Shown piece after piece: positions 1 to 10,553 of a stretch of 44,293 nt of DNA. This DNA comes from Candidatus Parcubacteria bacterium. GTDB taxonomy: Bacteria; Patescibacteriota; Minisyncoccia; Phycocordibacterales; UBA5272. The notes below the pieces were generated by a model. That model made no database searches, was not told the origin of the DNA, and saw nothing but the letters and a program-made list of their open reading frames with translations. The DNA lies in NCBI GenBank assembly GCA_039805745.1, contig JBDLTQ010000036.1, positions 1 to 44,293 on the forward strand, in the 5' to 3' direction. Made by a program: the position numbers and the translations under genes. Position 1 is the first letter of the stretch. Each line of letters starts with the position of its first letter.

Positions 1-62
1 GAAAACAACCCCCCTATATTAATGGTGTTTTTTTCTTTGCGTTTTTTTTAACCAAACAAAAT

Positions 63-85
63 GCGCGACACCTTCGGTGTCGCGC
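63..85 (-). terminator. Intrinsic terminator-like hairpin downstream of uvrA
   Basis: GCGCGACACC-TTC-GGTGTCGCGC, perfect 10-bp stem with A/T tracts on both sides. Confidence 0.7.
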
Positions 86-128
86 TTTTCTAATCTCTAA
101 GCATTTATATTCTACTATCCACTCCCCC

Positions 129-2741
129 CTACTTCCCTTTATGTTTCTTAAGTACTTTTTTAAGATACTGACCGGTATAACTTTTTGCGTTTCCAGCAAC
201 ACTTTCTGGTGTCCCTGTTGCTACAATCTTTCCACCCCCAATACCACCTTCTGGACCAATGTCAATAACATGATCTGCGCACTTTACGATATCTAAGTTG
301 TGTTCAATGAGTACCACGGTGTTACCTTTATCAACAAGTTTATTTAAAATCTCAATAAGCTTCGCAATATCTTCATAATGAAGCCCAATAGAAGGCTCAT
401 CAAGAAGATATATCGTTTTCTCGACATGAGGACGATAAAGCTCAGAGGAAATCTTTACGCGCTGTGCTTCACCCCCTGACAAAGTTGTTGCTGACTGACC
501 AAGCTCAAGATATGAAAGTCCAACATCATTAAGGGTTTTGATACGGTCATGAATTGCAGGAATATCATAAAAGAAAGTGAGTGCCTCTTCTACAGTCATA
601 CGAAGGATGTCATAAATATTTTTCCCCTTCCATTTTACTTCAAGGGTTTCCTTCATAAAACGTTTTCCTTGGCAAACATCACACTCTACATACACAGTAG
701 GGAGAAAGTGCATTTCAACTGCAATCTCACCATTACCTTGGCATGCCTCACAACGACCCCCTTTTACATTAAAAGAAAATCTCGACGCTTTCCATCCTCT
801 CACTCTTGCTTCTTCAGTTTCTGCAAAAATATCACGAATATGAGTCCATGCTCCGGTATACGTTGCAGGATTTGAACGAGGGGTACGACCGATAGCAGAC
901 TGATCAATAAGTACAACTCGAGAAATATACTCTGTTCCTGTAAACTCTTCACAGTTAAAAATCTTAACCGTTCTGTGCTTACGCTCAAGGCGAGCGAGAA
1001 GGTTACGGTGGACTATTTCATACATAAATGAACTCTTACCTGACCCAGAAACCCCTGTAATAACATTAAGCCTTCCAAGTGGGATAGTGGTATTCAAATC
1101 TTTAATATTAAAAACAGTACCACCTTTTATTTTAAGAGAGCCTTTATCTTGATGCCGACGAACATCAGGGAGTGGAATCTCTTTCTCACCACGAAGATAT
1201 GAAAGTGTTACACTTCCTGATTTATTCTTTGGTGCAGTAAGCAATTCTTCGAGATCCCCCGCTACAACAACCTCACCACCATGGACTCCAGCTTTTGGAC
1301 CAATATCAACAATATAATCAGAGGCAAAAATAGTATCTTCATCATGCTCTACAACAATAATAGTATTTCCCATATCACGAAGATGTGTAAGTGTCTTTAT
1401 GAGTCTATCATTATCTCGCTGATGGAGACCGATAGTTGGTTCATCAAGAACATATAAGGCTCCTACAAGTTGAGATCCTAACTGAGACGCCAAACGTATA
1501 CGTTGCGCCTCACCACCTGATAAGGTGTCTGCTTTTCGATTAAGTGCTAAATAATCAAGCCCAACATTTAGCATAAACTCAAGCCGTGACTCAATTTCTT
1601 TGATGACAACCTGAGCAATTTCCTGCTCTTTTGGTGATAATGGTAAGCGACCAAAATAATCCCTTGCATCTTTAATGGTAAGCGATGTAATATCGACAAT
1701 GTTAATTTTTTCAACATCATCAAGATATACATGAAGGGACTCTTTACGAAGACGCTTTCCTTGGCAAACATCACACTCATCAAGACCTCCAAAATACTTT
1801 GTTCCAAGACCATTACATGTAGCACATGCTCCATATGGAGAATTGAATGAAAAAAGACGAGGCTCTATTTCTGGAAATGAAAAACCACATGAAGCACATG
1901 AAAACTTATTACTCATAATAGTACGCTCGCCCATAATATCAACCTCAAGAAGACCTTCTGTCTCCTGCACTGCACGTTCAATTGCTTCTGAGAGACGAGT
2001 AAGGGCATCTTTTTCTGTTGCTTTTGTACGTATCTCGTCTAAGGTAATAGAATCAATAAGAATAGCTATTTCATGTTTTTTATTTTTATCGAGAATAATT
2101 TGTTCACGTAAACTTTTTCTCTGACCGTCAACAATAGCTTCAGTATATCCACGCCCAAGCATGTCATATAACATTTGATAATGCTCACCCTTACGTCCAC
2201 GTACCACTGGCGCAAGGATATGTATTTCTTCATGAGAAAACTCAACACCAAGCATCTCTTTCTTCACCTTCTTGTAATCAATACCCTTAACCTTATCTAA
2301 AATAAAGTGTAAAATTTCTTCATTAGAAAGTTTTTGTATTTTTGAGCCACACTCAACACAATAAGGCTTGCCAACACGAGCATAGAGTACGCGGAGGTAG
2401 TCATATATCTCTGTAATAGTAGCAACCGTTGAGCGAGGGTTGCGCCCTGCTGATTTTTGGTCAATAGAAATTGCAGGAGAAAGACCGACTATCTCATCCA
2501 CATCAGGCTTCTGCATTTGATTAAGAAACTGTCGAGCATACGCTGACAATGACTCTACATAACGACGCTGACCTTCAGCGAAGATGGTATCAAAAGCAAG
2601 AGAAGATTTACCAGACCCAGAAAGTCCTGTGAACACAATCATCTTATGTCGAGGCATCTCAACGGTAATATTCTTAAGATTATGAGTTCTCGCACCTCGA
2701 ACGATAATTTTTTCTAAATTTTCTTGTTTTTTTGGAGCCAT
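129..2741 (-). CDS. uvrA: Excinuclease ABC subunit A
   Basis: 870 aa; two ABC ATPase modules ([31 protein letters not shown] twice), zinc-finger CxxC pairs, [10 protein letters not shown] motif. Confidence 0.98.
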   Translation of the reverse strand: MAPKKQENLEKIIVRGARTHNLKNITVEMPRHKMIVFTGLSGSGKSSLAFDTIFAEGQRRYVESLSAYARQFLNQMQKPDVDEIVGLSPAISIDQKSAGRNPRSTVATITEIYDYLRVLYARVGKPYCVECGSKIQKLSNEEILHFILDKVKGIDYKKVKKEMLGVEFSHEEIHILAPVVRGRKGEHYQMLYDMLGRGYTEAIVDGQRKSLREQIILDKNKKHEIAILIDSITLDEIRTKATEKDALTRLSEAIERAVQETEGLLEVDIMGERTIMSNKFSCASCGFSFPEIEPRLFSFNSPYGACATCNGLGTKYFGGLDECDVCQGKRLRKESLHVYLDDVEKINIVDITSLTIKDARDYFGRLPLSPKEQEIAQVVIKEIESRLEFMLNVGLDYLALNRKADTLSGGEAQRIRLASQLGSQLVGALYVLDEPTIGLHQRDNDRLIKTLTHLRDMGNTIIVVEHDEDTIFASDYIVDIGPKAGVHGGEVVVAGDLEELLTAPKNKSGSVTLSYLRGEKEIPLPDVRRHQDKGSLKIKGGTVFNIKDLNTTIPLGRLNVITGVSGSGKSSFMYEIVHRNLLARLERKHRTVKIFNCEEFTGTEYISRVVLIDQSAIGRTPRSNPATYTGAWTHIRDIFAETEEARVRGWKASRFSFNVKGGRCEACQGNGEIAVEMHFLPTVYVECDVCQGKRFMKETLEVKWKGKNIYDILRMTVEEALTFFYDIPAIHDRIKTLNDVGLSYLELGQSATTLSGGEAQRVKISSELYRPHVEKTIYLLDEPSIGLHYEDIAKLIEILNKLVDKGNTVVLIEHNLDIVKCADHVIDIGPEGGIGGGKIVATGTPESVAGNAKSYTGQYLKKVLKKHKGK

Positions 2742-2832
2742 ATACGTATAGATAGATAGAATTCTACTTTTGAGAAAAGTGATGTTTCATTCTACCATAA
2801 TTGACAACCATTTTCAAAAGATGTGAAATAAA

Positions 2833-2858
2833 ATACCCTCATACTACTATGAGGGTAT
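2833..2858 (-). terminator. Hairpin downstream of the 2900-3553 gene
   Basis: ATACCCTCATA-CTAC-TATGAGGGTAT inverted repeat. Confidence 0.55.
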
Positions 2859-2899
2859 CGTATAATTCTCTGGTATGAGATACAGATAGGTGTCGAAAG

Positions 2900-3553
2900 C
2901 TACCTGAAGAAACTAGGAAGCATACTTCTTAGTTTACTGAACACAGTTGAACGATTTTGATTCATTGGGCGAGTTGAAGAGGCTGTTGTTGATGCCATAA
3001 ATGGTCTACCATTACCCCTTCCTTCTCCACGGTCGTTACTAAAATCCTCTTGTGTTGTTGTTGCTGTCTTTTGACCTGTTTGAACAATTTGCTTAGCAGT
3101 GATTGTTCTAGTTGATGTTGCTATTGTGCCATGAATAAGCACAGTGTCACCAATAGAAAGACCAGCTACAGTTGAAGTTGCTTTTCCTTTAAAGACTACA
3201 GCTCCACTAGCATTTACGGTAAATGTTGCAGTTGTAGTTGCTTGAGGTGGTCCATTTCTTCGTATAACAGTGAATGTTGTGCCATTAATAGCTGTTATAG
3301 TTCCGAGAACTCCTGCATTACCTTTTTCATTAAGGATGCCTTGCATTCCCAGACCTGCTGTTGATGATGCATGTTTCTCTGCCATGACGCGAGGAGGAAC
3401 ACCTTGTGTTGTTGTTGCTCGCATCATACGATTCTCAGGTTTACCGAGATGTGCATTTACTGCTCCACCATCAGAAACAGACTGAGCAGATGCTGTTGAT
3501 ACAGTGACAACAGCAATCGCACTCATAAATAAGAGAGATTTGGTTTTATTCAT
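2900..3553 (-). CDS. Secreted Thr-rich protein with a DUF5666-like OB-type domain
   Basis: Signal peptide ending ASA; GTITAINGTTFTV...LSIGDTVLIHG pattern; ASST/ATTT low-complexity stretches typical of Parcubacteria surface proteins. Confidence 0.7.
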   Translation of the reverse strand: MNKTKSLLFMSAIAVVTVSTASAQSVSDGGAVNAHLGKPENRMMRATTTQGVPPRVMAEKHASSTAGLGMQGILNEKGNAGVLGTITAINGTTFTVIRRNGPPQATTTATFTVNASGAVVFKGKATSTVAGLSIGDTVLIHGTIATSTRTITAKQIVQTGQKTATTTQEDFSNDRGEGRGNGRPFMASTTASSTRPMNQNRSTVFSKLRSMLPSFFR

Positions 3554-3675
3554 ACGTAAAAGATAAAATAAGAAGGTTAAAGCCTCCTCTACTAAGTATT
3601 ACACACAAACTACTATTTTTATTTCATTCATCCACAGATATCAAGGTCATTCATAAAATCCTTGCCGTATAAGGA

Positions 3676-4230
3676 CTAGGAGGCGCTCATCATTCTTTTA
3701 TAACACTCATAGAGTGCTCGCGTGTCAGCCAAAGCTGTGTGAGCTTTTGTATTATCAACTTTTAATAAAGTACACAATGATCTAAGAGAAAACTTATCTG
3801 CTTGAGGAGCATCATACAAACGAGCAAAAGCAATAGAAATAGTATCTAACTTACCATAATGCATACGATTATCTACTAATGTTTCTTCAAATGCTTTCAT
3901 GACAAAGGCGTAATCAAATGTAAGGTTGTGAGACACAAAAATACAACTTTGTGTTTTCTTGGCAAACTCTTCCATAGCTTTTTTCCTATCAACTGCAAAC
4001 ATCCAATCAACTTCATTATATCCGTTAACTCGTAAAGCATCTGGTTCGGCACGTTCAATATGTTTTGGTTTTATCTTCCACTCAGCCTCCTCAACAAACT
4101 CTAACTTTGGACCTTTCCCAGGTCTCTCCACCTGTCGAGCAATAATAACTGCAAGTTCAATAATTTCATGAACTTCTGGATTTGTTCCTGTTGTTTCGGT
4201 ATCAATAAAAGCTAAGTTGTGTACTTTCAT
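3676..4230 (-). CDS. DEDDh 3'-5' exonuclease (DnaQ/epsilon-like)
   Basis: Exo motifs FIDTETTG, HNLTFD, HTALAD; start moved to MKVHNLAF (ATG 4230). Confidence 0.9.
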   Translation of the reverse strand: MKVHNLAFIDTETTGTNPEVHEIIELAVIIARQVERPGKGPKLEFVEEAEWKIKPKHIERAEPDALRVNGYNEVDWMFAVDRKKAMEEFAKKTQSCIFVSHNLTFDYAFVMKAFEETLVDNRMHYGKLDTISIAFARLYDAPQADKFSLRSLCTLLKVDNTKAHTALADTRALYECYKRMMSAS

Positions 4231-4311
4231 AATGAATATATTGTCACAGATTACTAAGTAGTTAGAATACCATACAAGGATATCATGCGACAAGAATTAC
4301 CAAGCTAAAAA

Positions 4312-5211
4312 CTATTTAAGGTATTTCTGTATATTTCTCTTATGTTCTTCAAATGTTTTTGCATAATACATCGCGCCATCATTTCCGGTAATGTAATAAA
4401 GATACTCAGTAGGTATTGGATCTAGTACAGCTTGTAGCGCCACAAGTCCCGGGTTATTGATAGGAGAAAGAGGAAGACCACGCTCTTTATATGTCTCTTT
4501 AGCAACATCAACCTGAAGAGGCATCATAATAGCAAGTCTTTTGAGTAAAATTCCTGCAACAATTTTCATATCATGAGACGTTTTTGCTTCACCTTCCACA
4601 AGAGAAGCAAGAACAATGATATCATCATACGATGTCAATGGTTTTTGGACCTGTTGTGATAAAAGAACTGGTTCTACTTTTTTAGAAAACACTAAGAGCA
4701 TTCTCTCTATCACATCTCCTGCTGTATGTGATGGCAACAAATAGTATGTTGAGGGAAATAATTTCCCGTTAGCATTTGCGGTATGTACTGCAGACATAAA
4801 ATCTTCTACAGAAATATTTGGAAGTACTTTTGTGACAAGTGAGGCAATTTCAAGCGAGGTACTCCCTTCAGGGACAGTAAGAGTAATCAAAGGGACACCT
4901 TTATTCCCTTTTGTTAAAGTATCAACAACACCCAAAAGAGAGGTCGGTGTTTCAAACGCATACCCTCCAAGATGAACACCCGTGTCTTTATTGAGAAAAG
5001 AAACAACCATTCTAAATAAAAGTGAACTTTTAATATATCCTTCATTAGACAATCTAATACTAATACTTCTTAAAGATTCATTCTCTGATACAGTAAAGAT
5101 TCTTCCGGTAGGAAATATTGTAGGAGGTGTATACAACACACGATATACCAAGAGCATACCCACAATGATACTGACACCACCTATAACACTAAGAGTTTTT
5201 TTATAATCCAT
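4312..5211 (-). CDS. mltG: Endolytic transglycosylase MltG (YceG family)
   Basis: N-terminal TM anchor; LASLVEGE catalytic motif, PLQVD, GLPLSPINNPG, YLYY, AKTFEEH. Confidence 0.9.
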   Translation of the reverse strand: MDYKKTLSVIGGVSIIVGMLLVYRVLYTPPTIFPTGRIFTVSENESLRSISIRLSNEGYIKSSLLFRMVVSFLNKDTGVHLGGYAFETPTSLLGVVDTLTKGNKGVPLITLTVPEGSTSLEIASLVTKVLPNISVEDFMSAVHTANANGKLFPSTYYLLPSHTAGDVIERMLLVFSKKVEPVLLSQQVQKPLTSYDDIIVLASLVEGEAKTSHDMKIVAGILLKRLAIMMPLQVDVAKETYKERGLPLSPINNPGLVALQAVLDPIPTEYLYYITGNDGAMYYAKTFEEHKRNIQKYLK

Positions 5212-5225
5212 ACAAGATGTTTTTA

Positions 5226-6749
5226 TTATAGCGGAAGATTGGCAGGAGCAACACCTTTAATACTATCAATTCGAGGAAGGGTTGGGGTGGCCACAGTAGC
5301 GCCAGGAAGATGCCACAGTGTTGCTATTTCCTCTAAATTGTATGCCGAAACATCTGACGGGTGCGGGTGATCAAATGGGTGCATCAGTACTTCATATATC
5401 ATACGGAAGAGCTTACGTTGTTTCATTGTCGAACTCCAGAAAAACATATCCTCCCATTTGTCTAATGAGTCTCTTGCTTTAATATGAGGGAAAAATGCTT
5501 CACGTTCAACATAAGATTCAAACATCTCCTCACCTCTCCATGGAGTACGTCTCCCTCGAAAGTTTTGCCAAGGATACGAATATGGATCAGATGGACTAAG
5601 ACCGAAAGAATTAACACCGGCAAAAGGTTTACCAAAAGCTAGAATATTTTGAATTTGTTGACCGTTAAAATTTTCTTTCTTAGCAACATAGATAAGACGA
5701 ATAAGTCCAAGCATGACAGGTTTTGAAAGTTTTTTATTCACCGCCTCAACTTGCGCACGCTCTTCCATGGTAAAATCAAGATCTTTTTTAGGAACAGTTT
5801 TTGCTTTTTTATATATAATATCTTCGACACTCTCTGTGCCATCTGCAAGTTTTTTGGTAATAGTTTTCAACCCACCATACTCATCTTCAACCTTATCACC
5901 CTCTAAAATATATTTAGAGGTTCTCAATTGTTTCTTAAATGTCTCTGCCATACCCGAAAGACTCATATGTTCATGTGTTCCTTCATTAACAAAAAACTTT
6001 GGGAATTTCTTATCATTATAGACACCACCCTCATCCTGAAGAATTATCTGATACCACATATGCTCACCTTTTCCAAGCCCTCCCATCATTTCAAGGAGTG
6101 TTGCAAGTGGGTCTATTTTAAACTCTTCTTTAGTTTCTTTATCGAGACCATAATCAACATAGGTCTTAAGAGGAAGAAAATCTGCAGGCATCTGACATTC
6201 ATCACCCTTATCACTTGGTTCTTTGTTTCCTTTTTTAGAGTAAGGCTTCCCTGTTTTTTCGTTTATCGGTGTCCATGTTTTTGAAAGAGGAAACCCTCCT
6301 CCCCATATCGATACGTCTTTTGACAAATGATGATACCGTATCTTGCTTGTATAGTCATCAGCTTCTACTATTTCTATACCAGGATACTGAGAATAAAAAT
6401 TTGCCTCCACAAGCGCACGAAATTTCTTCTGAATACGGACATAGAAATGTATCACTCCTTCAGTAGATGCAATTTCAAGCGAAGAGTATGCAGGGAGGTT
6501 ACCTCTAAAATTTCTTGCGTATTTATCACTAATGCCACCAGATTGCATGAGGCATGCAATAGCCACCTCTGTTGCATATGGTGACTTGGTAATCTCTCGA
6601 GGGAGCTTTATTTCAAGCATTAACCAATCAATAGCATTAAGATGCTTTTGATTTATATACATCATCCAAAAACGCCACATCCATATACAGAGTAATAAAA
6701 AGAAAATGAGATAAAGTAAAAAAAATCCCATGTCAATAACAAATTGCAT
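5226..6749 (-). CDS. Conserved CPR-type membrane-anchored hypothetical protein
   Basis: N-terminal TM helix then LEIKLPREITKSP...SLEIAS...YSQYPGIEIVEADDY and C-terminal EEIATLWHLPG...APANLP; start chosen at ATG 6749, 7 nt after TGGTATACT. Confidence 0.75.
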   Translation of the reverse strand: MQFVIDMGFFLLYLIFFLLLCIWMWRFWMMYINQKHLNAIDWLMLEIKLPREITKSPYATEVAIACLMQSGGISDKYARNFRGNLPAYSSLEIASTEGVIHFYVRIQKKFRALVEANFYSQYPGIEIVEADDYTSKIRYHHLSKDVSIWGGGFPLSKTWTPINEKTGKPYSKKGNKEPSDKGDECQMPADFLPLKTYVDYGLDKETKEEFKIDPLATLLEMMGGLGKGEHMWYQIILQDEGGVYNDKKFPKFFVNEGTHEHMSLSGMAETFKKQLRTSKYILEGDKVEDEYGGLKTITKKLADGTESVEDIIYKKAKTVPKKDLDFTMEERAQVEAVNKKLSKPVMLGLIRLIYVAKKENFNGQQIQNILAFGKPFAGVNSFGLSPSDPYSYPWQNFRGRRTPWRGEEMFESYVEREAFFPHIKARDSLDKWEDMFFWSSTMKQRKLFRMIYEVLMHPFDHPHPSDVSAYNLEEIATLWHLPGATVATPTLPRIDSIKGVAPANLPL

Positions 6750-6892
6750 ATTCAAAAGTATACCATGTATAACCCTGTATATAATACACATGTATTACTA
6801 CAAAAAAAGTAGCCCAAGATGCTACTTTTTAGACAAACTACGACAGAAACAAAAAACGTGAGAATACAATCCTAAAAACTATAACGTACTAT

Positions 6893-7921
6893 TTAAGCAA
6901 GTGTGTAGTCTCCAGCAACTTTACGAAAATGCTTTGCGTTCTGAAGATTCACTAATACAGTATTTGGCTTAACAATACGTCTAGCAAGAACTCTTTTTAT
7001 AATTTCCTCTTTAGCGAGAGGGTGTCCAGCATCTCTTAATACTTCAGTAATAACATCACGAACAACTCCTCCTGTGTGACCCCAATCTTTAAGCCCGTAC
7101 ATACCACGTCCTACAAGCACAAAACGAGAATCCTTAATAAGCTCATTATGACAGGTAGCTACATGAGCTTTTTTCCCAAAAGTTTTATTAATCTCTTGTG
7201 CAACTTCCTTAAAGTGCATAGGTCGATTAGCTCGACGCATAATAAGATATGCATAGTCCTTAATACCTCGTGCTTTTACATGAGGAGATGAAGTCCTACC
7301 CCACTCACTTAACTGATTCTTCCCAATAACTTTAGATAAAGCAAGGTATCGATAAATAATTTCTTTATTCCCCTTATACTCTTCTACAAGATCATCGAGA
7401 TGCCCTATGAATCGATTAAAAACTTCCTCTTCGTGAATCAAATCTTCTTCGCTGATTGAACCGTACAACTTCTTAAGTGCTTCACGAACGTGTTCAGCAG
7501 TTTTTACATCAGTTGTAAAATGAGCATGAAAATGATCATCTTCTTTGTGTTTCTTAAAATCATCATGAAGAGCTAGATAAAGATTGATATGGTTTTGAAT
7601 CACAGGATCTTTAGAGATATGACGCATAAGATGGTCTTCTGAAACAACAGAACCGAGATCATTAATAATCTTTTTTAATTCTTCAAAAATAAAAAGATGC
7701 TCTTTGTATTCTTTAGATTTTTTAATTGTAGTAAGAGCAAAGTTTTCTATCTGTCTCACTCGTTCACGAGTAATATCATATGTCTTTCCAATAGCCTCAA
7801 GAGTCATCCTGCCTTCATTTTCTAGACCATAACGATTAACCACAATTTCTCTGGTGCGAGGATTAAGAGAAGTAAGTAACTTCTTCGAAACAGCTTTTGG
7901 TTTAAAGGTTATTCCTGACAT
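6893..7921 (-). CDS. Sigma-70 region 4 HTH plus HARE-HTH (RNA polymerase delta-like) domain protein
   Basis: TLEAIGKTYDITRERVRQIE (sigma region 4) and C-terminal HNELIKDSRFVLVGRGMYGLKDWG winged helix; no sigma region 2 seen. Confidence 0.8.
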   Translation of the reverse strand: MSGITFKPKAVSKKLLTSLNPRTREIVVNRYGLENEGRMTLEAIGKTYDITRERVRQIENFALTTIKKSKEYKEHLFIFEELKKIINDLGSVVSEDHLMRHISKDPVIQNHINLYLALHDDFKKHKEDDHFHAHFTTDVKTAEHVREALKKLYGSISEEDLIHEEEVFNRFIGHLDDLVEEYKGNKEIIYRYLALSKVIGKNQLSEWGRTSSPHVKARGIKDYAYLIMRRANRPMHFKEVAQEINKTFGKKAHVATCHNELIKDSRFVLVGRGMYGLKDWGHTGGVVRDVITEVLRDAGHPLAKEEIIKRVLARRIVKPNTVLVNLQNAKHFRKVAGDYTLA

Positions 7922-7970
7922 ATGATGACTAAGTTATATTGTAATACTCTACCAGATTTTTATAATAACG

Positions 7971-10415
7971 TCAAATAACGACATTGACAAGCTTGTTTTT
8001 GATAACAATTATCTTCTTTGGTTCGAAAGTTCCAACATATTTTTTATACTGATCATTCTCCTTAACAGCAAGAATAACTCTGGACTCATCAAGATCTCGA
8101 GGGAGTACACAAGTGGCTCGTAATTTACCCTCTATCTGTATAGCGTATGTTACTGTGCTTGCAAAAAGACTACTCTCATTGTACTTTGGCCATGAAGCTA
8201 CATGCACGGACTCAGTCTCTCCGAGAGTGTGCCATAATTCCTCTGTAACATGAGGAGCAAAGGGAGCTAAGAGTTTAATACATATGATATACACCTCCCT
8301 TGAAACTAAAGGTTCTTTTTCTAAGAAATTAAGCAATGTCATCATTTTAGAAATTGCTGTATTAAACTTAAATAGCTCGATATCTTCGCCTACTTTTTTA
8401 ATAGTTTGATGAAGAGCAATGGTAGCTTCAAGAGATAATTCACAACTGTTGACCACTTTTGACTGTAGTGCAAAAAAACGTTCAAGAAACCTACGTGAAC
8501 CAGCCATGCTTGATGTGCTCCACGCAACCGCTTGATCAAAAGGACCCATAAACATTTCGTATACACGAAGAGTATCTGCCCCATACTGCATCACTACTTC
8601 ATCTGGGTTTACTACATTCCCCCACCGCTTACTCATCTTACGCCCATCCTCTGCCATAATAAGCCCAACAGTCTGAAGCTTTGTAAATGGTTCATCATAT
8701 GACACAACGCCTATGTCATATAAAAATTTATGCCAAAATCGTGCATAGATAAGATGTCGTGTTGCGTGTTCTGCTCCACCAACATAAAAATCTACAGGTG
8801 ACCATTTTTTTTCTTTTACAGCATCAACAAATGAAGTCTCATTATGTGAATCAATGTAACGCAAGTAATACCATGATGACCCAGCCCACTGAGGCATAGT
8901 ATTAGTTTCTCGCGTAAATAGTTTTGCTTTTGAATCATCTTTTGGAAGAGATATAAACTCCCCATCTTCATTAATACATCCATACACTTCTACCCATTCC
9001 TTAATATTTGCAAGCGGACTTTCGCCTGTTCCTGTTGGTTCATACTCATCAACCATCGGAAGAACAATAGGTAGCTCGCTATCAGCAACTGCGTATGACA
9101 CATGGTTTTCATCAAACACAATTGGAAACGGCTCGCCCCAATAACGCTGACGTGCAAATACCCAGTCTTTTAATTTGTACGTACTTGTTAATTTCCCTCC
9201 AACCTTTTCAGTAATTTTAATACGAGCATCCGAAGAAGAAAGACCTGTGTACTCTGAGGAATCAATAACTACTCCATCTTCATGATGGACACCATTATCA
9301 GGATTATCGTGTTCTTTTTTTTGTATAACACACTGTATAGGCAAAGAATATTTCTGCGCAAACTCAAAATCTCTCTCATCGTGAGCAGGTACGGCCATAA
9401 TCGCACCTGTGCCATATCCTGCCAAAATATAATTAGCAATATATACCGGAATCTCTTCACCATTTACTGGATTTCTTGCTTTTATACCTGTATATACACC
9501 TTTCTTTTCTTGTACTTCTTTAAAAGAAAAATCTTGTTTCTTGGCTTCTTCTTGTATTTCATTAAGAACAGTGAGCACCTCTTCGTTCGGCTTCCACCCT
9601 TTCTCAACCCAAGAACTAGCAAGCTCATGAGAAATCGCCATAAAAGTTGCACCGTATATGGTGTCAGCCCGTGTAGTAAAAATACGAAGCGATTTTTGAT
9701 AAGGGAAACTAATAAGTGGAAAGTCAATCTCACTTCCTTCTGACTTACCAATCCAGTTTCTCTGAAGTTCTTTAATGTGAGGCTCCCAGTCAAGCTTATC
9801 TAAATCAGTGAGCAACCTGTCTGCGTAGTCAGTGATACGAATAGTCCACTGACGAAGTGGTTTCTTTTCTACCTCGCTACCACATCTTTCACACTGACCA
9901 TTCTCTAGATCTTCATTAGCAAGTCCAGTTTTACACGAAGGACACCAATTGATTGGGTCGTAACTTTCATATGCAAGACCTTTTTTGTACATTTGTTTCC
10001 ACATCCACTGCGTCCACTTATAAAACTTTGGGTCGGTAGTATTTATCTCTCGTTCCCAATCATAATTAAGTCCAAGCATCTTAAGTTGTTCTTTATAACG
10101 AGCAACATTCTTTGCAGTTGAGACATTTGGGTTTACTTTATTGTTAAGCGCATATTGCTCAGCAGGAAGACCAAATGCATCAAACCCCATTGGATGCAAG
10201 ACATCATATCCTTGCATCTTTTTCATACGACTATACACATCAGTCGCAATATACCCTTTAGGGTGTCCAACGTGTAGCCCGTCACCAGACGGGTATGGAA
10301 ACATATCTAAAATATAAAACTTCTTATTACTTTTTTCTGTAGTACGGTAAAGAAACTCCTCTTCCCATTTCTGTTGCCATTTTTTTTCAATACTATTGTG
10401 ATTATATAATTCCAT
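7971..10415 (-). CDS. leuS: Leucine--tRNA ligase
   Basis: MFPYPSGDGLHVGH (HIGH), KMSKR (KMSKS-like), FTTRADT and GTGAIMAVPAHD editing-domain motifs. Confidence 0.98.
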   Translation of the reverse strand: MELYNHNSIEKKWQQKWEEEFLYRTTEKSNKKFYILDMFPYPSGDGLHVGHPKGYIATDVYSRMKKMQGYDVLHPMGFDAFGLPAEQYALNNKVNPNVSTAKNVARYKEQLKMLGLNYDWEREINTTDPKFYKWTQWMWKQMYKKGLAYESYDPINWCPSCKTGLANEDLENGQCERCGSEVEKKPLRQWTIRITDYADRLLTDLDKLDWEPHIKELQRNWIGKSEGSEIDFPLISFPYQKSLRIFTTRADTIYGATFMAISHELASSWVEKGWKPNEEVLTVLNEIQEEAKKQDFSFKEVQEKKGVYTGIKARNPVNGEEIPVYIANYILAGYGTGAIMAVPAHDERDFEFAQKYSLPIQCVIQKKEHDNPDNGVHHEDGVVIDSSEYTGLSSSDARIKITEKVGGKLTSTYKLKDWVFARQRYWGEPFPIVFDENHVSYAVADSELPIVLPMVDEYEPTGTGESPLANIKEWVEVYGCINEDGEFISLPKDDSKAKLFTRETNTMPQWAGSSWYYLRYIDSHNETSFVDAVKEKKWSPVDFYVGGAEHATRHLIYARFWHKFLYDIGVVSYDEPFTKLQTVGLIMAEDGRKMSKRWGNVVNPDEVVMQYGADTLRVYEMFMGPFDQAVAWSTSSMAGSRRFLERFFALQSKVVNSCELSLEATIALHQTIKKVGEDIELFKFNTAISKMMTLLNFLEKEPLVSREVYIICIKLLAPFAPHVTEELWHTLGETESVHVASWPKYNESSLFASTVTYAIQIEGKLRATCVLPRDLDESRVILAVKENDQYKKYVGTFEPKKIIVIKNKLVNVVI

Positions 10416-10467
10416 AAAAAGATTAAGGTCTAGTCTATATAACTAACTATAGCAAAAGAATCACATG

Positions 10468-10504
10468 AATACAAAAATGCGCACTTTCTGCGCATTTTTG
10501 TATT
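10468..10504 (-). terminator. Intrinsic terminator-like hairpin
   Basis: AATACAAAAATGCGCA-CTTTC-TGCGCATTTTTGTATT, 16-bp perfect inverted repeat. Confidence 0.65.
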
Positions 10505-10553
10505 TTAAAAACAATAGTCTAACAAAAACCTCTTGAAAGAATCCTCCTTTATA

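Noticed and set aside
6893-7921. True sigma factor
   Set aside because: Only the region 4 HTH is visible; region 2 is missing
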